Assembly: GCA_040954595.2 (NCBI GenBank)
Contig: CM082580.2
Location: forward strand, 14,000,242 to 14,064,241
DNA length: 64,000 nt
DNA from: Balanoglossus misakiensis
Taxonomy: Eukaryota; Animalia; Hemichordata
Direction of reading: 5' to 3'
Made by a program: the position numbers and the translations under genes. The notes below the pieces were generated by a model that did no database searches, was not told the origin of the DNA, and saw nothing but the letters and a program-made list of their open reading frames with translations. Of this stretch, positions 51,507 through 62,405 are shown one piece after another; positions within the stretch are counted from its first letter, which is position 1, and every line of letters starts with the position of its first letter.

Positions 51507-54500
51507 TGGAAATCAATCTATAGGTACTCGTTCTGTAAATACCACCACCACCACCACCACCATTTTAGATGTTAGTCTAGCTGCCCCCTGAGTGTTTTGT
51601 GTAGTAACTATCACATACGGTATGATGTCGTACATTTAGTTATAGAATAGTATGAAGAAATTAATCAAGTCAATATAAATTTTGGTTCAAAGATGTAGTT
51701 TTGGACCACAATTTCAGTTTATTAATTTGACTTAATTCAGCTAGATTATCTTCACCGTTCATGTGACTTAAATTGCTGTAGTTTTTTTTACGTACACTGT
51801 CATACCGTGGCTGACACCTTGGTAGTCCCCTTCCTATAAAAGAGAAACGTATGCATGAGCATGCCATAGCAACCATCAGGCGTATGCATGTCCACTCCGG
51901 TATAATTCTTATCGTGCATGTTTCCTTATAAGCACAAGCTTCAGATGCTCCCGTGCAAAAGACACTTTGCTGTAACATTTTGTCTGTAAATCTGTTCGGT
52001 GTGCATCACTAACTTTGCAGTGCAACTTCACTTCAGCGTAGGGCAGCACTAAATTCTATGTCTACAGGAACAGTAGCTGAAACCTTTGATCATTTTTCGT
52101 TTACATTTTCACATTTACCGACGGCAGGTTTTTGTGTCATACAGTACATTATGATAGAACCCCAAACATAGAATTAGTTGTTATCGTAAAACTATAGGAC
52201 AGTAACAATAGATTTCGTTAGTTCACTTTGACTTGGATTTTGCAAAGTTTCATGAAAATATGAATTTTTTTTCTGTATAAATCCATTGGAGACAGAGAAA
52301 TTCAATGGTTATGCGGCACATCATATAAATGTCTGAAAAATATCAAAGGTTAACACTACTATAACTGTATATTGACTAAATGGAGCCATCGCTGTTGCCT
52401 ATAGCCAGACCACGACATCAACAATCGATTCGTGATCGCTGTCGAGCTCTAAGCCCTAGAAGCTTCAATCCTTTAATGTCGTCTCGAAGATTTGGTTCAA
52501 TCATTTTGCACATCGAGATCTAGAGAGAATACATGTCTGTGCATTTGGGGTAAATTTCAGTCAGATGTACAAATAATGCCAGTTGGAAAATATGTGGACG
52601 AGATGATGCAAATTTGAGCTACTGGGGCTTTTTTCGGCATAACGTAAAAACAATGTATTGCTTTCTTACGAAGCATCCTCTCTATTCTGTTCAATAGATT
52701 CGTATGAATTCGATCTGCGATGCCGCCGGTGATAAAAATCAAAATTGTACTGACATTACGGCAGTGTAGAAACCATGGACTCGTGCGACTGTTTAATGTC
52801 GAGGATTTTTTTGCTGCAGTTCAACCACAAGCAGCTTTCGAATTGCGAAGATTTACATTTCCGATGAGTGGTTGATCGAGGGAAGATTGTAATACGCCCT
52901 CTATATTTCTCTGGCAGTATCAGACTGGTCTCCCGTGGTTACAGAGAATGCTGCATGAAAATACCCGCCGATAGTTTTGGGATTGGGGGGAGAAAGTTTA
53001 ACTGGAAGTGATCACGGGTAAAAACATAAGTTGCCTTGAGTTCAATTTATTTATAGTAACAACAGAAACATTTACCTGATGTTGACAGGGAAAGTTTACC
53101 GATCGTCTGGTTTCGTCAAACTTTTAACCTAAACACCATTCATCGGTTAATAGTTCAAGTTTCCTTAAGTACCATCTCCATTTTAAAAAATCAGCTAAAT
53201 TCCTTTCCAATCGACTGCTATGTCTCGCAGAAAAAGATAGTTTTTACCACAGTGGAATTGTCTCCAAGATACAGGATACAGGGATTCAATGCACAAATGA
53301 TCTTGGTGGTGTGATTTCTACCTTAATGAATCAATAACTCACTATCGACTCGAGCTTTCCGTATCGAACTTTTTTTTCAAACTACGAGCATTTTTTTTAA
53401 TTCCACATTAGCGAAGATGGACATCATGTTAGGACATGTAGCTTGTTATACTCGGTCTCAGTTCAATTCTTCTGGTGGTGTACACTTTATGGCATTGGGT
53501 AACACTATTGTACAGATGTATGAATGGGTTTGCATGTATAATGATGTAATAGTACTAAATATTTATCAACGTATAATTTTGTCTATTTTGAACTAGGACC
53601 ATCGTTTTCATTTCAAAGTTCTTGAAAAAGCTTTACTCGAAAACAGGAATCTATATCGTAAAAATGATTGAAGGCCATCAGAAATAATCCCAGACTTAAT
53701 GTTAAGCGTATAGTAATAGAACTATATACGAGTAAAACTGAATCCTAACCCCAAATCCGAGTTTTCCATAAACTATTCGTACTATATAAGTTGCTTGCTC
53801 AACATGTCAAAGAATACTTCATTTAAGGGTATTTCGTTTGACGGACACTTTATAAAGCATATAGCTACTATAAAATATCCTTCCTGTGATTAACGTTTGT
53901 TTTTAAGTAAGGTGAATTACATGATAATGATTGTACATTAATAGATACAATAGTTCACAATGATATTACAATTCAATCCATGTAAATATGTCTTGTTACT
54001 TCAGTATAATGTTGCCTTATCTGTGGCATGATGAGCCACTTCCCAATGTAATATAACGCCTTCAAGTTGGTTATACGTGAAGCAGATCACTTCAATAACC
54101 ACCACATGATATTTATGTTCTAAAGTTTGTTGCTACGGGAATATTTATTGTTTACTGTGTTGTTGATGAAAGATACATTATTAATAAAAGTAATCAATGT
54201 TACTGATATACATATTGGATAAACTGTGTGCTGCGGCCTACCTACCTACATCAATTTCCAACAAACACAACCACCCACCCACCCACCTACCAACCAACCA
54301 ACCAACATACACAAACATACATGCATGTGGAGTGCAGGTCGTCATACAGATCCTGACTTATCAAACGAAACTATATTTTTGTAGATTAGCGCCCTCTCTA
54401 GTTGAAGATGGGTTTCGTAACAGCGATAAATGCGTAAACAACTGAAAAACTGGAATACACTGTAAGGCTGGACGGTTTGATGGCATTTCATCGTTAACAT

Positions 54501-57500
54501 TGTTCACAGCGCCCCCACACTTAACACAGTTTGGTTATTGTCTTCTTGTCTGTGCATTATCTATGCCAAAATCATATTGGCGCCATGACATTGTCGATTT
54601 ACGTATTCTGTAGGGAAATTAATATAATTATTTACTTTCCAGATTCTATTTAATATTTTGGTAGCTTGGCGGATATTGTAGATGTATCTATTAAGCTGTT
54701 TACATATAATCTCAGCTTCAGTTGCTGTTTCCTAGTTCATCTCTCACACCATTGTACAAAGTAGTATGTGTCTGTGTCAGATAAACATGTTCAATTCACA
54801 TTTTGTGTGTGTGCTACACGGCCAACTAAACATGAAAACTGATGTAAGATACACAAATATTACTGTTCATCATATAAAGAAGTCTTGAGCCTGATGAGGC
54901 ATTAACGCATAATATTCCACCCCTTCTCCGCTACATTTGTGGGAATGATCTACGACTCGAGATAACTTTGGCTTTCTTGATGGCACAAGCGCGAACGTAA
55001 ATTGTCTTCGAGAGAAAGTAGGTCAGAAAAGCATCTGCAGACACAGTGTCTGTCCCTCAGGGAGTAAAGATGAACTGAACGAGACAGGAATGAGGGAAAA
55101 CTTAATGACACAACACTGAACGATAACATTTCGAATAGTGCAGTCCACTTTATATCCAGTTCCATCGTTTGCGAATAAGTACATGTTCCTTTCGCCTACA
55201 CTTTTTGTCACTCAAACCTCGGCAGACGACATTTTATAAGATGGAGAGACTGCACTCCAAATTTGAGTGGAGTTTGTGTTTATTCAGACACCATCACACG
55301 GCGGAATACATGTTTTCACCCGAGGAGCGGGTTTACCTTCCGTGCAACATCTACAAAGGCAGAGAGTAATCACTACTCTTCACTTTGAGGAGTTCGACGG
55401 ATGTAGTTGTCAGGTTTGCTTGCGAAGACCAAGACAGTCACGTGACACACCCCAGATTAATAACTTGCTGTATTTAGACTGAAGGGACATCGGATAGGAC
55501 CGACAGTTTAATATGTTCCATACCTCTTATCTTCAAACCTATCGTAGATCGTTCCTGTGTTACCATAGCAACGGAAACACCCTGAAAGGCACGATCGTTT
55601 CTAATTATCTATTTCAAGCTTTCAATATATCTACGCCATGCATCTGGGCATTGCTAGGTCTGTTTTTTTTTATTAATATACATGATTACACACTCATTAT
55701 ACGCTTCAATCTGTAACATACCGCGACTAGGGATAACAAGGTTTTATTTTGTAGAAAATTCCTGTGTGTACAATCTTAACAATTTGGCTAGGGTCTAAGA
55801 TAAGATAAATAATTTATATAGCGCCTAGCATCCATCAGCACTAGTGCTTTACAAATGATCACAGGTATGCTAAGTCTTAAGCTTTTGTCTGAAACATGGA
55901 GTACCTCCATGGTCCGAAGCATAGACAGTATTACTGTCTATGTCTGAAGGTACAAATGTTAGAAGCTGATCGAATACTGAGCCGGTTTATAGTTTCTTCC
56001 AGAGAATTGATTTCCTGGAATCGATAAAATGTTGTTTACGTCTGTCTCAAAAAGGTCACCTCCTTACACACTGGCCGACAGACCTAATACATTCACTACA
56101 GGAAAACGTCGATTTTGTCTCTTTTCAAGGGAAATTTTTTGGCTGGCAGTTGGAGCCGTTCCACATTCTCGTTTAACTTTTTCATCTTGATCCCCATGTC
56201 CTATTTGTTTAGGAGTCTCTCAAATGCCCTGTCGGCATGCCAATAGCCAGCATAGTTGGACGACAGTAAAAAAGTGTCCACTAATTTGACGACACGGAAG
56301 CGATGAATCACTTTGACAGCTATATTATATATTGCTATTAATTTCACTAAGTGCTACAATACGTTGATGTATTTTCCACCCAGGTGATCTCATATTTTGC
56401 AATAAGGCCTCAATTTCATACGATAATGTTGTTGGAGGTTTAATAACTCATCAAATCTGATACAGGAAATGTAATCTGTCAACATAGTCTACACTCAGTT
56501 GGTCCAAAGATACTTCTGTCATCATTCGCGCTCAGAGGGTTCACGAACTCTTTACTTTAATATAATAACAGCTTGTAATTTTTGAAGAACTTGAAACGTT
56601 TCAACAGGTATTTTGTTGAGTTATTCAACGAAGTCAAGTTGAAGGTTGGCGTTACATAATTTACAGCAGGGTCGAAGAATGACCCCCTAACTTACTCCCA
56701 GAATGTGCCGTCGGATGGGCCACTCGATCTCCAAAACATATCTAAACATCCAAATAGACCAAATCATGGGTCCAATATAACATAGAACTGTTCTGATTCT
56801 CTTGTCACATGCTACAGAACAGCGATGATGGTCGTAATCTAGTTCACACGCAACTAGAATGTTGTAAATCTGCTACATGAGTATTGACATAAAATAGATA
56901 TATTTAATGCTTTCGCGGAAATATCACATTATAATAGCTGCCTTTGTGACTTCTTCTGAAATTCGAACTGACATCAAAATGTCAATACATAATAGTTTTG
57001 GAAATCATTAGCTACAAGTTGGCGGATTAAAATTTGATCATACCGGCGCCATTTTGAACTGTAACGGTGTTTTTTTCATCTCGCCTACCCAACCTCTCGC
57101 GGGATTAAAAATTTAACGATGTAATGTTGATACCGCGTGATCAAAGCAACATGTGTGTTTACCTTTCCTGCTCAGAACATATCAATCACAGAATTTAAAT
57201 TGGAAGAAAATCGAAAATTTCTTGTGACGTATTCGGAGAGTCGGAATAGGGAAAAAAAACATAACGTGGCTGTCATTTACATTGTAAAGCCATCAATTCT
57301 AATTCATCGCGTAAAATCATGAAAGTAACATTATTTTAGTGGGAGTTGAAAATCGATGAGATAGATCACTGTGAAATAGATCGATAGAAATGGTTGTGTT
57401 CGACGTGTGACCTTTTCTGTATTGATGATACAAATTCAATTTACCACTCTCATCTGCATCATAGATAGAGGAAAAATCCACTGTAGGAAAATCCCCTTGT

Positions 57501-58848
57501 CATGTGAGTGCCTACATGGATCTCCATGTGTTGGGTATACATGTACTTACAAGTGCTTGCAGTCGAAATGGGCAAATTCTATATCTGTTCACTCTGTTTC
57601 TGCTAATGATGCGGTTTTGTGGCTACTATAGAATCTTTGGAATCGGTGGCTAATTGTGTCAATATTTCAAAGCCCAGGGTTAAATGATATAAAAATGACA
57701 TTGCAAATCAAAAGCGTGGCTAGCGGCTAAACAACCATCACCGCCAGACAAATTTGGCCAATTACGATTTGAGAAGCTAGTGCCTCTGGAGATGTCGATA
57801 AATATTGCAGAAAATCGTTATACAAAGTGACTGGCAAACTGATCTATAACTGCCTAGTTTTTTAAAGTTCCCAAAATGTTTCTGCCTGTTGCACATGCGT
57901 ATTGCCATGAAAGCAGAAATGCAGTGTTTGGTTCAAACGGAAAGGGGCATGGCATTTCAGTTTTATTATAATATCGCTGTTTTGCTGTTTTCGACAGAGC
58001 ACAACTGACAGAGGGTGCCTCCAGCGCACCATTCACAGTTTCATACATAGTGAATGTTAAAAACAGGATATATCATTCGGTACATCCCTTCTCAAGTGCA
58101 CGCCTTCAGGTCTCTTGACTCTTGTTCATGGATTTGACCGTGTGTTTGTTTTGTTCGTCGATTGTCTGTAATTGTGTTTGTATCGTGGATGTGTTGCTAT
58201 GACTACAACGCAAGATCACTGATTGAGGTCCTGGTTTATCCTGCACCGGTCGAAACATCCCTCCAGAGTATTAGCAAGAGAGGTATAACAGTCAGAATCT
58301 CAAAACCCCCCATGTAATACATTTTATCTCAAGTCTGTGGTTTAATCATTACACATCCATCGCATGACTGTGTGCCGGAGATTGAGTTGAACCCCGTGCA
58401 GCAGTAAAATATAATACACATGCCTCCTGGGATGAGCTCCATCACGTTTTGCGAAAGAGAAGATCAAACAAGCGGGGCTGGCGAGTATAAGATTGCAGCG
58501 TCCGATTTGAATATGATTGGACTTCCACACATGAGTATTGAAATAGACGGTGGTGTGGATTCCAGACAATCTATGTCCTCGCGCATATACGGTAGACATC
58601 GCACATTGTACCGAACGATGATTACTAAAACATCGCATAACGTGAGATCTAGTTGATAGAGTTCAGTCTATAAAGCGTTATGATACAACAGGAAATTCGA
58701 CAGTGAATTAAACGCCAGCTGATCAAAACACATGAAAGCTATCATGGAGAATTATCGCTTGCAAAAAATTGAAAATGGGTCACGGCTCCGAGATTACTGT
58801 TCAGTGATTCTATTGTAAGAGGTCAGTCTCAAATTTTCAACAGTTTGC

Positions 58849-58881
58849 TGGTTGGTTGGTTGGTTGGTTGGTTGGTTGGTT
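58849..58881 (+). repeat. (TGGT)n microsatellite
   Basis: About 8 perfect units. Confidence 0.95.
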
Positions 58882-60417
58882 CATAGACCCTGGAAAGCGA
58901 AGAAACGTATTGATTTTATTTTTATTCATTTTACGTTCATTAAAAAATCGCGAAAACGGCGAAATGAAGAATGTTTGCAGAAATGTCGAAGAATTGTTTT
59001 AATGTAAAATGTTATATGGATGTACCCGCGCGGTATATCTGTGAAAGGGCTGGTTATAGAAAGGCATAGAGCAATTTCGTATTGGTATGGGATGTCGTCT
59101 TGTATAAGCATTATCCAAATTCAAACAATCTATTTCGCAGGAGGTTTTAACATTTCAATGAGCGTTCAGACTACATACTTGGCTATCTGATTGAGAGAAG
59201 AAATGTAGGCCGACCAACAGAGAGCGCATGGGGAAAGACCAACAGACAACAAAAGAAGGGAATAGAAAAGGATATGATGGGAAGGGACGGAACCGGATGG
59301 GAAGGGATAAGCAAAGAATAATCGCAGACAGATGGAAATTCAACTCAATGGGAACCTTCCCTACTGGCACTGAGACATAATATAGCTGAAAAGAACTGTT
59401 TAGGTCTCAAATTATAATACTGACTTACACATCAAAGCTGTAAAACATGGAAGAAATCAAAGACGGGATCTCGTAACATGCCACATTATTTAATGTCTCT
59501 TTTTACAATATTCCTCGGCAATATTACAAGCGTTAATTTACAGAAAAGTAGACAATGTGTTGACCTCCTCCTGTTTTAAAACACATCATGCGTCATGTCG
59601 CCGGACGAACTTGCACTAATTCCTTGAAGTCTCTTGATGACAATTGTTGACTCTGCGTCGTGAGTTATCTGTTCCACTCGGTGTGAATGGATTTTCTTCG
59701 GATTCAAAGGTCACGCAAAAGGACGTTTGAAAGGCATTTGATAGGTCCATTAGCGAACGTTCGTTCGTCTCCGCCGAGACAGTCAGTCTCCTGGGTTTGA
59801 GGAGCTTCATCATTACTCCCTTCCCTGTTGCTGACTGATATATTTGTTGTTTATATGTGATTGAGCAACTCCCCTGCTAATCCCTCGTTTAAGGTAAATT
59901 ATGAGTCTTCTAAGGCTATTTCGAGAATTCGGATGCTGAGACGACAAAGTACGATATTAAGAGCAGTCGCTGTAACCTCTGATGTTGTTTTCTGTATACT
60001 TCAAGTTGTTAACCAGTAAAATGTGGAATTTCACCCATTGCACTCAATCCGACAAATAATTTGCTCTGAAGGATTGGTAGCAGAATACATTGTATGGTAA
60101 AGTTGTGCTGAATTTTATAGACAATGTGTCAATGAAATCAGACAATGAGTGTTCCTAGGCATGTGATGTAGAACAAAAACATGTCCTAGAAGAAACGTAC
60201 AGATGTTACATTGTTACGACACTTTTTAAAAAAATGTTTACAAACTTCGTGGAAATGAACAAACATGTATAAAGCTTATCACATTAAAATTCACATTGTG
60301 AAGTAAACATAGTTTAATTTAAATTTCAAAGAAAACGCCGTTAATTGTATATAGCAGACGATTTAGTGAGTCATTGACTATATAATAGTCCTTGATTTAC
60401 AATAATTAAATAATAAA

Positions 60418-62088
60418 TTAACTTGTATGACTTGATGGACACGTCGAATCTAAATTATCCAGTCCCCTTTCCGTAAGGCAATTTGAGAGAGAATCCCCAC
60501 TTGTCCTGTCTTCGTGACGTTCTTGATCACATCCCTCGGGGCTGCAGGATTTCCTGATAGAGTCCAGTTCATTACTTTTCAAAGCAGAAGACTTCAATGT
60601 CCTGCGTTTCTTCTTCTTTCCCATCACATGTACCGTCGCCCGCGTTGTCGCCACTGTCTTCCGGGGCGCAATTTGGGGTTCTTCCTTCTTCAAGATGGGT
60701 CTGTCTCCTCCGAAGGTCATCCTCCTCCGCTCGAAGACGCTCTCCACGGTCAGAAACGGCGAGCCAGACACGGAGGCCTTCGGCGATTCCGACATTTCAC
60801 CGACCCGCTCCAGATTCTGACCCCTGGTGGGACTTGCCCAAGACTCTTGCACAGTGATACTTCCAGAGTGGTACTCAAAGTTACAACCGTTATTCAGTTC
60901 TCCCAACATGATGACAGAAAGTCTGTGAACACTGCGTTTCCTCTGTTGTATTTCATTGTCTATCTCTGTGGGCGGTTTCGATGTACTTCTTTTTCTCTCC
61001 ATAGCCATTTGTTCCAGCTCTCTATCTGTCTCCCTGGTGATTGTTACCATGACATTGGGGATCTGGATGTCAGCAGGGGCCACTGATCCATGGTTGTGAT
61101 TGGTGGATCGAAAGCCTGCCAAAGTTTCATTGGCCAAAGGTGGCGTGGTTTCTCTCGCTATGGGACCACGACAAAATATAATCCTCAAAATGCTTTTGTA
61201 GTATGCTCTGTTAGCGACCGCGTACAAGAGAAAGTTGGAGATGGGACTTGAGCAGGCCAGCATGGCTGCCATTGAGACCACTACTACAGGTACATCGTTA
61301 CCAAGGAAACCGAGACAGATTGAAATGATGTGAAATGGCATCCAGGAGACGCAGAAGGCCATTAAAACGGCAAACATTAAACTATTTGTCTTCTGCTCAA
61401 CTTTGAGTAATTTGGTCTTGCCAACATGTCCACGATCCATGACCCGAGAGTGCTCCATGATGACCTTGTAAATTTGAAAGTAGAAAACCGACATCATTGT
61501 CAGCGGCAGAACAAACACCATTGCCATTAGGAAGGCACGATAAGTCCAGTCTTGAGACACTCCTGTCCGACAGACGACAAGAACTTCCGGACTGTATGTA
61601 CCCCAGCCGAAAAGAGGCGCGATGGAGCACATGCTGGAAATGATCCATGTCAGAGGTATCAGTAAACCCGCTCTTTTCATCGAAGAAAAGTAAGTACACT
61701 TGGGCTTCACAACACTGAGGTACCGATGCATGCTGATGCAGACTTTCGTTGTGATGGACACACAGGCAAAGAAGAGCATGAAGAGTCCGCTTAGTTTCAA
61801 CGAGAGCGTGGCGTCTGCGTCGATGTCGATGGTGTAGATGAGTAGAAGTGTTGGGCAACTGACGAGTGTGAAGCACAAGTCTGAAATGGCAAGAGAGAAC
61901 ACTAAGATGTTGTTTGGAGTTTGTAGAATATTGCAGCGGAGGAATACAATGGCGGCAGTGGCGTTAACCAGGATGGATGTGACACCGATTAATGTTGTGA
62001 GGACTGCGAAGAGCACATTCTGCCAGTTTGATGTCTCTTCACAGATGTAGTTCAAGCCTCCGACTAAAGTATGGTTAAAGTCTGTCAT
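60418..62088 (-). CDS. Single-ORF class A GPCR, opsin-like but lacking the retinal-binding lysine; 556 aa with a long C-terminal tail
   Basis: Uninterrupted ORF with strong Kozak context (gccgcgccATG), N-glycosylation sequon NHT and seven hydrophobic segments. Motifs: LQTPNNILVFSLAISDL (TM2), HRY (TM3), W..S..PLFGWGTYSPE..C (TM4/ECL2), FVLPL..Y (TM5), F..SWMPF (TM6), LACSSPISNFLLY (TM7). Confidence 0.92.
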   Translation of the reverse strand: MTDFNHTLVGGLNYICEETSNWQNVLFAVLTTLIGVTSILVNATAAIVFLRCNILQTPNNILVFSLAISDLCFTLVSCPTLLLIYTIDIDADATLSLKLSGLFMLFFACVSITTKVCISMHRYLSVVKPKCTYFSSMKRAGLLIPLTWIISSMCSIAPLFGWGTYSPEVLVVCRTGVSQDWTYRAFLMAMVFVLPLTMMSVFYFQIYKVIMEHSRVMDRGHVGKTKLLKVEQKTNSLMFAVLMAFCVSWMPFHIISICLGFLGNDVPVVVVSMAAMLACSSPISNFLLYAVANRAYYKSILRIIFCRGPIARETTPPLANETLAGFRSTNHNHGSVAPADIQIPNVMVTITRETDRELEQMAMERKRSTSKPPTEIDNEIQQRKRSVHRLSVIMLGELNNGCNFEYHSGSITVQESWASPTRGQNLERVGEMSESPKASVSGSPFLTVESVFERRRMTFGGDRPILKKEEPQIAPRKTVATTRATVHVMGKKKKRRTLKSSALKSNELDSIRKSCSPEGCDQERHEDRTSGDSLSNCLTERGLDNLDSTCPSSHTS

Positions 62089-62199
62089 GGCGCGGCCAAT
62101 AATCCACCTGTTGCGACTTAAGGCATCAAAGACGAGTCGTTCACATGCCAGATGACTCCGTGCAATGCAGAAAACGGCGGTTCAGGTCCAAAAAGAAAT

Positions 62200-62405
62200 C
62201 ACAACAAACGCGAAAATGTCAGAAGTATCACGTGGTACGTCAACCTCAGGTGATGTTGTAACAGTTATCTCCACATTGTCAAGAGACGTATAACACTGTG
62301 TAATCACCAACGTCACCACGTGTCACATTACCAATCAAATGTTAAACCAATCCGGTCACTGCAACCCAATTGGCGTTGCTTCCATCGACGTTTATTATTG
62401 GTGGT
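62200..62405 (-). promoter_or_regulatory. Candidate promoter of the opsin-like GPCR
   Basis: Within ~320 nt upstream of the ATG: CACGTG at 62229 and 62317, CRE half-sites ACGTCA (~62237, ~62310), and several CCAAT/ATTGG boxes (~62331, ~62347, ~62367, ~62397). Confidence 0.4.

Noticed and set aside
58420-58656. 78-aa ATG-initiated ORF between the two GPCR genes
   Set aside because: No signal peptide, domain or neuropeptide-precursor pattern; length compatible with chance.
60514-61086. 190-aa + strand ORF
   Set aside because: Antisense shadow of the GC-richer tail-coding region of the opsin-like gene.
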